This document shows, in pieces, positions 29,839 through 39,500 of a DNA stretch of 64,000 nt (its first letter is position 1; each line of letters begins with the position of its first letter). The stretch is from an uncultured cyanobacterium (lineage in GTDB: Bacteria; Cyanobacteriota; Cyanobacteriia; CAKZMO01). The DNA lies in NCBI GenBank assembly GCA_963719515.1, contig CAVRCJ010000011.1:160001-224000 (forward strand), written 5' to 3'. The notes below the pieces were generated by a model. That model worked only from the letters and a program-made list of their open reading frames with translations, was not told the origin of the DNA and ran no database searches. Position numbers and translations under genes: made by a program.

Positions 29839-30213
29839 ATGTCATCTCAATATAATTCGCTGCCTCTTTCCCTAGAGGCGGCACAGCTCGCATTGGCACA
29901 GCACGCCGCCGAGCAATCTACTCGCCTGCCCTCCCCCACCGGCGGCGAGCCCCACATCCCCACCCTCGTCGAGCCCGCCCCCGCGCCAGGGTGCGTTGGT
30001 CCTTCAGGACCAGTCGAAGACTCACACCTGCGTCACATCATCATCGGCTCCCCCGAAGGCGTGCAGGAAGCGATCGCCCGCCTCCACATGCTGCACTACG
30101 TCGAGCGGCGCTACTGGACCCCGCCCATGCCCATCCGCGACCAAGGCCTGCGGATTACCCCAAATCTGGGGCAGGTCATGAGCTACCTGGTGCAGCAGCG
30201 ACCCCTGAGGTAG
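29839..30213 (+). CDS. hypothetical protein, LRHIIIGS..LH.L.Y...W..P..VM family (copy A)
   Basis: AGGAG SD; C-terminal motif shared with 57085-57423 and 51140-51292. Confidence 0.75.
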   Translation: MSSQYNSLPLSLEAAQLALAQHAAEQSTRLPSPTGGEPHIPTLVEPAPAPGCVGPSGPVEDSHLRHIIIGSPEGVQEAIARLHMLHYVERRYWTPPMPIRDQGLRITPNLGQVMSYLVQQRPLR

Positions 30214-30237
30214 CTCATTCGCCTACCCCCCTTAATT

Positions 30238-30457
30238 GATACCGCTGGCGAATTTCATACCTTGCAACATTCGTGCTGTTTCACCCCTTAAAGAGGCCCC
30301 CCAGCCCCCAAGTTTGGGGGAGCAAGATTCGAAGTCAGAATTCTTGAAAGCATTTAATAGCAAGAGATCTGGCATTTTTCTGGTTCCCCCAGGATTGGGG
30401 GCGGAGGGGGCCAGCAAGACGCCAAATGCCATTACGAGATATTTCGCCAGCGGCATC
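30238..30457. mobile_element. MITE-like element, 220 bp, with terminal inverted repeats and an internal inverted pair of short dispersed repeats
   Basis: GATACCGCTGGCGAA / TTCGCCAGCGGCATC (14/15), TT flanks; internal GGCCCCCCAGCCCCCAAGTTTGGGGGAG and a similar inverse copy. Confidence 0.6.
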
Positions 30458-30692
30458 TTGGCAAGGGGGAGCTAGAGGGGGTCAGACCAACCTGTGTGTA
30501 CACCGTGGCTTACCAAGGGGGACGCCGGAGGCGGGAGTCTATCCAAAGCTGATAGCTGTCTATCTGCCCCCCTCAACCATCCGATCCTGATTCACCTAAA
30601 TATTGTCAATGTTAAGATCGCGGAGGGTTTCCCTCCGCAAAAGGAGTAGCGACCTATACTGGAATCCCCCGCAGCAACCGGGCCGAATCATC

Positions 30693-31685
30693 ATGGGCGT
30701 TGACATTCAGCAATACAAAACCCAGCAGTTCACCGAATGGGCTCCCCTAGCCTGCAAAGGCGCACTGGGGCTAATGGCGATCGCCACCCTCCTTTCCTTC
30801 TTCCTGCCCCGGCAGGTCTTAGACGAGCGCGTCACCATCGCCGCCGAAGAGGTGGCCACCATTGGCCCCATTCAACCCCAGCAAAGCCCCATCGGTGCCA
30901 TGCGCATCGACGCCGAGGCGCAGCTCCCCGCCAACAGCTGGGCCACCTTCGAGCTGCAGATACTCGACGAGCAGGGCGAAGTGATCGCCTCCAGCCTAAA
31001 GCCCGCCTGGCGAGAGTCAGGCACCTGGCGAGAAGACGGCGAATCGGGCACCTGGGACGAAGAAGACGCCAAAGGCCGGTTCGACATCCGTCAGGCCACC
31101 ATCGACTCACCCGTCAGCATCGCCGTCTCCAGCCTTGAGCAAGGCTCAGCCAACGGACAGCCCCTCAGCCAGCCCGTCACCTACCGCGTCAGAGTCTGGG
31201 ATGGCGCAGTAGACCGCCGGTTTTTGTGGAGCGGCCTTGTGGGCGTAGGGCTTTTGACCTGGATCACCGGAGCCTCAGTGAGCCGCACCGGGCGGGTGGC
31301 CGTTTCCAAAAGCATCGGCGACAGCGACCTAATGGCCCGCACCCAGGTGGGCGGCCCCGACGCCCTCGTACAGGTCGTCATCAGCGTGCTCTCAGACGAC
31401 ACCTCACCCCCCTTCCTAACCGCCAACTTTTTCCTCAAAGACAGCCAGGGGGAAGCGGTCTACGAAAAGCAAGTGCCAATAGATCTTTCATTTAAAAGAG
31501 AAAACGGCAAAATCGACAGCGCTCGGGGGCAATGCGCCCTCGACCTGATCATCGAGCCGCAAGCCTCCTACGGCTTTTACGTCGAGATCACCCCCGACAT
31601 GCCCGTCGATAAAACAACCCTCAAGGTCATCCAGGGCGCTCGCCGCACTGGTCCCGTCGAAGTCACCCACCTAAAACTCTCCTAG
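30693..31685 (+). CDS. membrane protein, first gene of the spermidine-synthase/DUF4178 operon
   Basis: two TM segments; NSWATFELQILDEQG...WRESGTWREDGESGTWDE resembles C-terminal parts of long DUF4178 proteins. Confidence 0.7.
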   Translation: MGVDIQQYKTQQFTEWAPLACKGALGLMAIATLLSFFLPRQVLDERVTIAAEEVATIGPIQPQQSPIGAMRIDAEAQLPANSWATFELQILDEQGEVIASSLKPAWRESGTWREDGESGTWDEEDAKGRFDIRQATIDSPVSIAVSSLEQGSANGQPLSQPVTYRVRVWDGAVDRRFLWSGLVGVGLLTWITGASVSRTGRVAVSKSIGDSDLMARTQVGGPDALVQVVISVLSDDTSPPFLTANFFLKDSQGEAVYEKQVPIDLSFKRENGKIDSARGQCALDLIIEPQASYGFYVEITPDMPVDKTTLKVIQGARRTGPVEVTHLKLS

Positions 31686-31697
31686 CGCTTATTCACT

Positions 31698-31928
31698 ATG
31701 CTGCCAAAACTCATCGCCGCCTCCGCCCTCCTCATCGCCGTGCTCGCCGTCTGGGGCAGCTTCACCCAAACCTCGGCCCTCAACCTAGGCCAAGAACAGC
31801 AGCCCTTCTACCGGCCCTACTACGGCACCCGGCTCTCCGGCATGCGCTACGGCGGCCAGTGGCAGCCCACGCCGCTGCGCAACAGCTACGAGGGCTTTAG
31901 CGGTGGGGGCACCGGAGCCGGGAAATAG
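31698..31928 (+). CDS. small secreted or membrane-anchored protein with Gly-rich GGGTGAGK C-terminus
   Basis: hydrophobic N-terminus; directly abuts the next gene. Confidence 0.75.
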   Translation: MLPKLIAASALLIAVLAVWGSFTQTSALNLGQEQQPFYRPYYGTRLSGMRYGGQWQPTPLRNSYEGFSGGGTGAGK

Positions 31929-33476
31929 ATGGGCCAATCCCTGACGCGCCGCCAGATTCGCTGGCTGCTGGCGGCGGCGGCGGTCTCCTCCGGCTGCGGG
32001 CTAGCGGCGGAGCTGCTGCTGGGCACGCTGGCCAGCTACCTGGTGGGCAACCAGGCCTTAGCCTACGGTGTCGCGGTGGGCGGCTTCCTGGCGGCCATGG
32101 GTCTGGGGGCCTACCTCACCCGCTTCGTGGCCCAAGACGCCTCGCCGTCTCGCCTCCAGGGCATTCTGGTGACGCGCTTTTTCCAGGTCGAGCTGCTAAT
32201 TGCCCTGCTCACCGCCCTGCTGCCCCTGGGTCTGTTTGCCCTATTCACCGTCGATGGTCCCCTGTGGCTGGGGCTAGGGCTGGTGACCCTGATGCTGGGC
32301 ACCCTGGCCGGGGCGGAAGTGCCGCTGCTGACCCGGCTGATGGAGCGCGACCAGGGCATGCGGGAGGCGCTGTCCGGGGTTTTGGCACTAGACTACATGG
32401 GCGGGCTGGCCGGGTCGCTGCTGTTTCCGGTGGTGCTGCTGCCTCTGCTGGGCATGTTTCCGGCGGCGGCGGTGATTGGGGCCTTCCCCGCCTGGATGGT
32501 GTATCTCATGGGCGGGGCGTTTCCGGGGATGCGGCGCTGGCGGCGGGGCGGTTTAGCCCTGGGCGTGGGGCTGCTGCTGTTCGCGCCGCTGACGCTGACC
32601 GTGAGCAACCGGCTAGAAAACACCCTCTACCAGGCCCCCATCATCAACCGGCAGCAGTCTGCCTACCAGCGCATCGTGCTGACCCGCTACGGCCAAGACG
32701 TGCGGCTGTTCCTCGACGGCGACCTGCAAATGTCCACCCTAGACGAATACCGCTACCACGAGGCGCTCATCCATCCGGCGCTGTCCGCCAGCGGCACGCC
32801 CCGGCGGGTGCTGCTGCTGGGAGCCGGAGACGGCATGGCCCTGCGGGAGGTGCTCAAATGGCCGGAGGTGGAGCAGGTTCTGATCCTGGAGCTAGACCCG
32901 CAGGTGGTGGCGCTGGCCCGCCGCCACCCCGCCCTCCTGCAGGCTAACGGCGGCGCATTCGACGATCCGCGCGTCACCCTGCGCTACGGAGACGCCTTTA
33001 AGCTCATGCGCGATCTGGGCCAGACCTTCGACGTCATCGTCGCCGACTTCCCCGACCCCGACGTAGACGCGATCGCCAAGCTCTACAGCCTGGGCTTCTA
33101 CCGCCAGCTGCGCCAGCGCCTCACCCCCAGCGGCGTCCTGGTCACCCAGGCCTCCAGCCCCTTCTTCGCCCCCAAGGTTTTCGCCTGCATCACCACAACG
33201 CTGGAGGCCGCCGGGTTTCGCACCCACCCCTACACCGTCAGCGTCCCCAGCTTTGGGCCTTGGGGGTTTGTGCTGGCGGAGCCCGAAACCATCGACGCAG
33301 TTGACGTCAGTGCCCTGACCCTCCCCATTCCAACGCAATTTTTAACCCCCTCTCTCTTGCCCGCCCTATTTATACTTCCCGGCGATATTACCTCACAGCC
33401 GGCTCAGGTCAACCGACTGGGCCACCCCGTCATCGTCCGCTACCAAAACGACCCGCGCTGGGCTTTGTATAATTGA
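31929..33476 (+). CDS. speE: membrane-embedded polyamine aminopropyltransferase (spermidine synthase-like)
   Basis: N-terminal multi-TM domain; DEYRYHEALIHP, LLLGAGDGMALREVL, DVIVADFPDP, VPSFGPWGF. Confidence 0.85.
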   Translation: MGQSLTRRQIRWLLAAAAVSSGCGLAAELLLGTLASYLVGNQALAYGVAVGGFLAAMGLGAYLTRFVAQDASPSRLQGILVTRFFQVELLIALLTALLPLGLFALFTVDGPLWLGLGLVTLMLGTLAGAEVPLLTRLMERDQGMREALSGVLALDYMGGLAGSLLFPVVLLPLLGMFPAAAVIGAFPAWMVYLMGGAFPGMRRWRRGGLALGVGLLLFAPLTLTVSNRLENTLYQAPIINRQQSAYQRIVLTRYGQDVRLFLDGDLQMSTLDEYRYHEALIHPALSASGTPRRVLLLGAGDGMALREVLKWPEVEQVLILELDPQVVALARRHPALLQANGGAFDDPRVTLRYGDAFKLMRDLGQTFDVIVADFPDPDVDAIAKLYSLGFYRQLRQRLTPSGVLVTQASSPFFAPKVFACITTTLEAAGFRTHPYTVSVPSFGPWGFVLAEPETIDAVDVSALTLPIPTQFLTPSLLPALFILPGDITSQPAQVNRLGHPVIVRYQNDPRWALYN

Positions 33477-33537
33477 TTTGCTATAGAAAAAGGGCTGCAG
33501 ACGGCTTTACCGGTCCACCCAACAACGATTTTTACCC

Positions 33538-34137
33538 ATGGTTACTTTACCTCTGTTGTGGCTCCTGATTGCGCTGGTCGTTATCGGCGCTGGCGCATTC
33601 TGGTGGTTTTCCTCTCGCCCCCAGCCCCGCACGCGGGAGACCTCCCGCAACCTCCCGCGCCAGCCCTCCCTGTTTGACATGCACATCGGCGATATCGTGC
33701 AGTCCATGGGCCGCGACTGGGTCGTCGAAGGCAAGCTGCGGTACGAAGACGACGGCTTTTCCTGGCTGGAGTACATGCTCCAGGACGACAACGACATTCG
33801 CTGGCTGTCGGTGGAGGAGGACGACTGGGTCACCGTGTCGCTGCTCTCCCCTGTGACCAGCCTAGATGTGAGCGCCAGTCCGCCGCCGGAGCTGACCTTT
33901 GAGGGCCTGGTGTACCGCTGCACCGAGTCGGGCACCGCCCAGATGCGCCGCGAGGGCAACCCCCGCCGACCGGACATCGAGCAGTGCCGCTATTTTGACT
34001 ACGAAGGCCCTGACGAGCGGGTGCTCTCCATTGAAGATTGGGACGGGGATGTGGAGGTGACGGCGGGCACGATTATTGCGCCGCGATCGCTGGTGATTTT
34101 GTCGGGGCAGGGCGACAGCGTTTACAGTCCGGTATAG
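33538..34137 (+). CDS. DUF4178 domain protein with N-terminal TM helix
   Basis: [26 protein letters not shown]...[15 protein letters not shown]...LSIEDW. Confidence 0.8.
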   Translation: MVTLPLLWLLIALVVIGAGAFWWFSSRPQPRTRETSRNLPRQPSLFDMHIGDIVQSMGRDWVVEGKLRYEDDGFSWLEYMLQDDNDIRWLSVEEDDWVTVSLLSPVTSLDVSASPPPELTFEGLVYRCTESGTAQMRREGNPRRPDIEQCRYFDYEGPDERVLSIEDWDGDVEVTAGTIIAPRSLVILSGQGDSVYSPV

Positions 34138-34162
34138 TGGGGTACGCCACGGCTGTAGCCCT

Positions 34163-34972
34163 ATGACTATCCACATCCCCACTGCCCTTACCATTGCCGG
34201 CTCCGACAGCGGCGGCGGAGCCGGCATCCAAGCCGACCTCAAAACCTTCGCCTTCCACCGCGTCCACGGCACCAGCGCCCTCACCTGCATCACCGCCCAA
34301 AACACCCAGGGAGTGTCCCGCGTCGACGCCTTGCCCCCCGAGGCTGTGGTCGCCCAAATTGAGGCCGTCGCCAGCGACATCGGCGCTGACGCCGCCAAAA
34401 CCGGCATGCTGCTCAACGCCGACATCATCAGCGCAGTCGTGCAGCAGGCTGAGGCTGGCGTCCTAAAAAATCTCGTGGTCGACCCCGTGATGGTGTCTCG
34501 CACCGGGGCGCAGCTGATTGCCGATGAGGCGATCGCCGCCTTAGAAGCCCTAGTTCCCCTGGCCACAATAGTCACCCCCAACCGCTACGAAGCCCAGATC
34601 CTCAGCGGCCAAGAGATTCATACCCTAGAAGACATGGCGGCGGCGGCAAAAGCGATTCTCGCCCTCGGCCCCAAGGCCGTCATCGTCAAAGGGGGAGGCT
34701 TTGCGGGCGAGCTGCGGGGCGTGGATGTGTTTTGCGACGGCGATCGCACAGAGACCTTGAGGACAGAAACGGTGGACACCCCCCATACCCACGGCACCGG
34801 CTGCACCCTCTCGGCGGCGATCGCCGCCAACCTGGCTCTGGGCCATCCCCTGCTGACGGCGGTGCGGCAGGGCAAGCACTACGTCACCCAAGCGCTGCAC
34901 CACAGCTTGGCCGTCGGGTCGGGGCAGGGACCAGTGGGGCATTTCTTTCCGCTGCTCGTACAGACCAGCTAG
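34163..34972 (+). CDS. thiD: hydroxymethylpyrimidine/phosphomethylpyrimidine kinase
   Basis: [43 protein letters not shown]. Confidence 0.95.
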   Translation: MTIHIPTALTIAGSDSGGGAGIQADLKTFAFHRVHGTSALTCITAQNTQGVSRVDALPPEAVVAQIEAVASDIGADAAKTGMLLNADIISAVVQQAEAGVLKNLVVDPVMVSRTGAQLIADEAIAALEALVPLATIVTPNRYEAQILSGQEIHTLEDMAAAAKAILALGPKAVIVKGGGFAGELRGVDVFCDGDRTETLRTETVDTPHTHGTGCTLSAAIAANLALGHPLLTAVRQGKHYVTQALHHSLAVGSGQGPVGHFFPLLVQTS

Positions 34973-35970
34973 TGCGACGCGCCTCAATCGCCGGAGTATC
35001 GCTGGGGCTAGGACTCGTGACGGCGCTGGTGCTGTGGCAGGGCGCCGGGCTGCTGGCCCAAACCTTTAGTCAGCTGGGCTGGCGGCTGGGGTGGCTGCCC
35101 CTGGTTTACCTAGTTCCGCTGGGCGCGGCGCTGTTTTCCTGGCGCTATTTGTTTCCCCCCGGCAGAGCCCCCAGCCTGAAGCTGCTGATGTACGGCGTCT
35201 GGCTCAACTATTCCATCAACTGGCTCTTGCCCGTGGGCCAGGTGGGGGGAGAGCTGGTGCGCATTCGGCTGCTGCTCAACCGCAAGTTTGCGCCAGAGAC
35301 GGCGATCGCCAGCGTCGTGGCGGACCAAACCCTGCAGCTGGTGACCCAGGCGCTGTATGCGCTGCTGGGAATCGGGCTGCTGGCCTATAGGCAGCTGGGC
35401 CAGGGGTACAGCGGGCGGCTGTGGGCGGTGACGGGGGCGAGCCTGGTGGTGCTGGTGGGAATTAGCGCTGGCTTTTACTGGGTGCAGCACCAGGGGCTGT
35501 TTCGCCTGCTGTCGAAGGTGGCGCGCAAGTTTCCCCGCATGTTTAGCAGTTCGAGCAAGCCCTTGGAAGAGCAGGCCCAGGCGGTAGACGTCGCGCTGAA
35601 AGAACTGTATCAGCGGCGCGATCGCCTCTTGGCGGCGACGCTGTGGCGGGTGGTGTTTCGGCTGACGACGGCGGCGGAGACCGGGCTGGCGCTGCATTTT
35701 CTGGGAGCAACCGTTAGCGTGGCTGACGCGCTGATCTTGGAGAGTCTGGGGCAGGCCATTCGCTCGGCGGCATTCTTGATTCCGGGCGGGCTGGGGGCGC
35801 AGGAGGGGGGCCTGATGGTGATCGGGGCGGCCCTGGGGCTACCGCCCTCGCTGGGGCTATCGCTATCGCTGTGCAAGCGGGTGCGGGAGCTGATCTTGGG
35901 GGTGCCGGGGCTGCTGGGGCTGCAGATGGAAGAGGGGTGGCGAATGGTCCGCCTTCGGCGGGGTCGGTGA
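34972..35970 (+). CDS. flippase-like / LPG-synthase TM domain protein (HpnL-like)
   Basis: INWLLPVGQVGGELVR, ESLGQAIRSAAFLIPGGLGAQEGG; GTG start overlapping the thiD stop. Confidence 0.8.
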   Translation: MRRASIAGVSLGLGLVTALVLWQGAGLLAQTFSQLGWRLGWLPLVYLVPLGAALFSWRYLFPPGRAPSLKLLMYGVWLNYSINWLLPVGQVGGELVRIRLLLNRKFAPETAIASVVADQTLQLVTQALYALLGIGLLAYRQLGQGYSGRLWAVTGASLVVLVGISAGFYWVQHQGLFRLLSKVARKFPRMFSSSSKPLEEQAQAVDVALKELYQRRDRLLAATLWRVVFRLTTAAETGLALHFLGATVSVADALILESLGQAIRSAAFLIPGGLGAQEGGLMVIGAALGLPPSLGLSLSLCKRVRELILGVPGLLGLQMEEGWRMVRLRRGR

Positions 35971-36322
35971 TCAGATCTCTGCCCGGAGGGGCAAAGCTTG
36001 CGGCTGTAACAGCCGACCTACGGCGTTCCTTGAGGGCCCTTACAATAGAGTACGGGCACAGATATTTAGCGGATGCGGTAGTAGCGCCTTTAAACGGGGT
36101 TGGTAGCCTATGGCTATGCTCTTGCAGTGGCCGAACTGCGATGGTCCAACAATAACCGAATGGCCGGATGGAGAAGTGGATCACCCTATCCGGCGCTTCT
36201 GCTCTCAATATTGAAGATTAAAGCAGAGACGGAGGCCTAGAGACGGCAGCGTCTAGCTCTAGGACGAGTCACGTCCAGCCTCCTCAGCCGTTTAACTTGC
36301 TCTAAAGTCTACGAGAGGTGAT

Positions 36323-36508
36323 ATGAAAAGAATCATTTGCTATTTAAGTGCTATGGCCGCAGCGTCTAGCGCGATGATCTTGCCTGCAGCGGCAATGCCC
36401 CTTCGGCTCGCTCATCAGAGCCTTGCCGCCATTGATATAGAACTCTCCACGAGGGACGTTGTCTCCTGCGATCGCGTCAACGATCCGTCAAGCTGTACCG
36501 GAGCCTAA
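36323..36508 (+). CDS. small putative secreted peptide
   Basis: GAGG SD, MKR plus hydrophobic core and AAA cleavage-like site; two C-terminal Cys. Confidence 0.5.
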   Translation: MKRIICYLSAMAAASSAMILPAAAMPLRLAHQSLAAIDIELSTRDVVSCDRVNDPSSCTGA

Positions 36509-36542
36509 GAGCTGCGCTGGGCCAACCCCGGTCGTCGGTCCG

Positions 36543-39500
36543 CTACTGATTCGATTGACAAAAGTCGATGATTTCCTCAACGGCGGCCTGACTAGTTTCG
36601 CTGTTTTCCTGAGGCGCGGAGCTTGATCTACGCTGCTGCGCCTGCAGATAGCTGCCCACCGCCCCGCAGCCCTCTTCAATCAACAGACCTAGGGTGTCGC
36701 CGCTGAAGTCCTTAGGCAACCGCCACAGTAGAACCCGATTATCGTAGCTCGCAGAGGCTAGGGCGATATCATTCGCTTTTAGGTCTAGCTGGCCTGTTCC
36801 GGGGCTGAACTGGACGCTGGACACTTCTCTGTGGTGGTTTCTCAGCGTTGAAATCAGCTTGCCCTGCTGATTCCAGAGCTTGACGGTTCCATCTTGGCTA
36901 GCGGAGGCTAGCAGTTGGCCGTCGGGGCTAATCCCCACATCTAGAACGGCGTCCCCATGACCCTTAAGGGTGTCAAGTAAACCGTCCTCTACATCCCATA
37001 GCTTCACGCTGGCGTCGGCGTTTCCGGAAATCAGCCGCTCCCCTTCTGGGTCAACGGCAATGCTCGTCACGTCGTCTGCGCGCGTGGACTGTCCCTGATC
37101 GCTCAAGGTTTTGACCTTTACGACTCTAACGCCGCTGTCCGTCGGTACTTCAAAAGACCAGATTGTAATCCCTCCGGGTGTATCCGGTTCCGAAGATCTG
37201 CTGGAGGTGACTAGCCAACCGCGCTGCGGGACAAATTCCAAATCCGAGAGGGATGCGTCATGCTCAACGGTCGTCAGAAGGTCGCCATCAAGCGTCCAAA
37301 ACTTGATCAGCTGGTCCGCGCCCGCAGAGGCAATCATAGTCCCGTCGGGGCTAAAGCGAACGGCGCTGATCTCCCCGTCGTGACCGGCAAACTGGCGCCA
37401 GGGCTCTGTGGTGGAGACGTCGGGACGCCAGAGCTTGATTTGGCCATTGCTTTCACCGGAAACGAGAAGCTGAGAATTAGGGCTATAGTCAAGGCTATTG
37501 ATAATGCCGGTTGGGGTTTCGGTCGCCTGAATGTGGGCAATTAGGTCTCCAGCCAAATTCCACAGTCGGATGTTTTGTCGTCCTCCGGAAGCGATCACTC
37601 TACCGTCAGGGCGAAACCGGACGGCATGGACGCGGTTGGTGTGGGGGAACGTATTGATGGGGTTATCTAAATTCCACAGGATAATGGTGCCGCTAGCGCT
37701 GCCCGAGGCCAGCAGGTCTTCTTCGCCGGGGGCGGGGGCAATGCTCAAAACCTCGTCTCGATGCCCCTCAAACTCCTCTAAAAGCAGTCCCTGTTGCCGA
37801 GACCAGATTTTAATCGTGTCATCCACGCCCGCGCTGATTATCGTCCGTTCGTTTTCGGCAAACTGCACGCGGTACACTGCCCCTAGATGGCCGCGCAAGG
37901 TGTGCAGCAGCGCTCCTTTTTTTGACCAAACCTTGATGGTGCCATCCTGGCTCGCTGAAGCCAAGAACAGTCCACTAGGGCTAAACGCCACGCGGTGTAC
38001 AGTGCTGAGATGCTGGTTGTCTTCCAGCGGTATGGCGCTGCCGTCCAGGTTATACAGCTTGGCAAACCCCCGCACGTCCGCTGAGGCGATCGCCTTACCG
38101 TCGGGGCTAAACTCCAGATGGATGATGGGTGAACCGCTCTCAAACTGGTTTATCAAGGTTCCAGTCGAGGACCACAGCGCAATCGTCCCTTCAGCGTCGG
38201 CGGTCGCCAGCAAATCGCCATAAGGGCTGAAAGACAACCCCAGCACAGGCTCTGCATGGGGCAAGACGACGGGTGCCTTGAAGCCATCTGCTCTGTTCCA
38301 AAGCTGCACCGTTTTGTCATTGCTGGCGGAGGCCAGCAGCTGCCCGCCGGGGCTGAAGCTGACGACGTTGATGCGATCCTCGTGGCGGCGAGGAACCGTG
38401 GTGTAGAGCTCGCCGTTGGAGGTCCAAACCTTAACTCGACCATCGTGGCTTCCAGAGGCTAGCAGTTCACCATCGGCGCTAAAGGTGACGCCAATTACGG
38501 CCTCTTCATGGCCCCGCAGCGGAGGGGTCAAGGGCAGTCCATCTAGCCCCCAAAGCCTGACCGTACCGTCTTCCCCCCCCGAGGCGAGACGGGTGCCGTT
38601 GGGGCTAAAGCGAACGCTAAAAACCTTGCCCTCATGACCCTCTAAATAGTTGGCCGCTCGCAAACTGTAGATTTCTCGGTGAAGCGCCGCCACCGCCCTA
38701 ATTCTCAAATTAGAGCGCATGCTGCTAAACAGCAGGCCATAATTCTTGAGCCGTTTGCTCGCTTTGAGCGCTACTTGGAGGGCGTCAAGCCCCCGACGGT
38801 CTTCTAGAGAATTGACGAGCGCCCGCACCTCTTCAACTGCGATGGTCACGCTGAAAGTGGATAACCCCAACAGTACGGCTGTCGCAATGCCGCCAATCAA
38901 AGCCCAGGTTCTGCGCTTAGTTTTTAGGATGCGATCGCTTTCGGTGACGTATTTCTTTTGAAGAGGCGTCAGCTCTGGCAGATCGCGCTCTGAAGGCCGC
39001 CGGTGCTGCCGCCATAGCTTCACCTCCTTGAGCTGCTGAGGGGTCATCAAAAAGCCGTCCCGGCGGTTGCTGTCGTCCCACTCCAACGCGCGCCGCATCA
39101 GCCGCTGGTGCTGCCTGACGTAATTGAGGTCAGTGCGAATGGCGCTGAGCAGGTGCAGCAGCGCTGGCGTGAAGTCCTCTAGCTGGCAAAAAGAAATATA
39201 GTGCAGTTTGCTGAGCCCCAGGGCTTCGAGGCGGTTTTGGTTGTAGTCGCTGCGCCATAGCACTGTGATAATGCGCTTGTTGAATTTCTGGGCAATCTTA
39301 ATCTCCTGTTCGCAGTGAACCGAGAGCGCCGAGTCTGGACTGATGACAAAGATAACGGTGTGGACAGCCTGAATTCCCGCTTCCACCTCCTGCTGCCAGT
39401 CTGAGGCCACGGGGATATTTTTCCAGTCAACCCAGGGGCTATGCCCCGCCTCATTGAGCCCCTCGTACAGCCTTTTGACAAAGGCGCTATCTCGGTGAGA

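Noticed and set aside
17580..30500. Prophage or integrative element
   Set aside because: No integrase, transposase, tRNA attachment site or flanking direct repeats were seen
34732..34971. N-terminal extension of the flippase-like ORF
   Set aside because: It overlaps thiD out of frame; GTG 34972 is the coupled start
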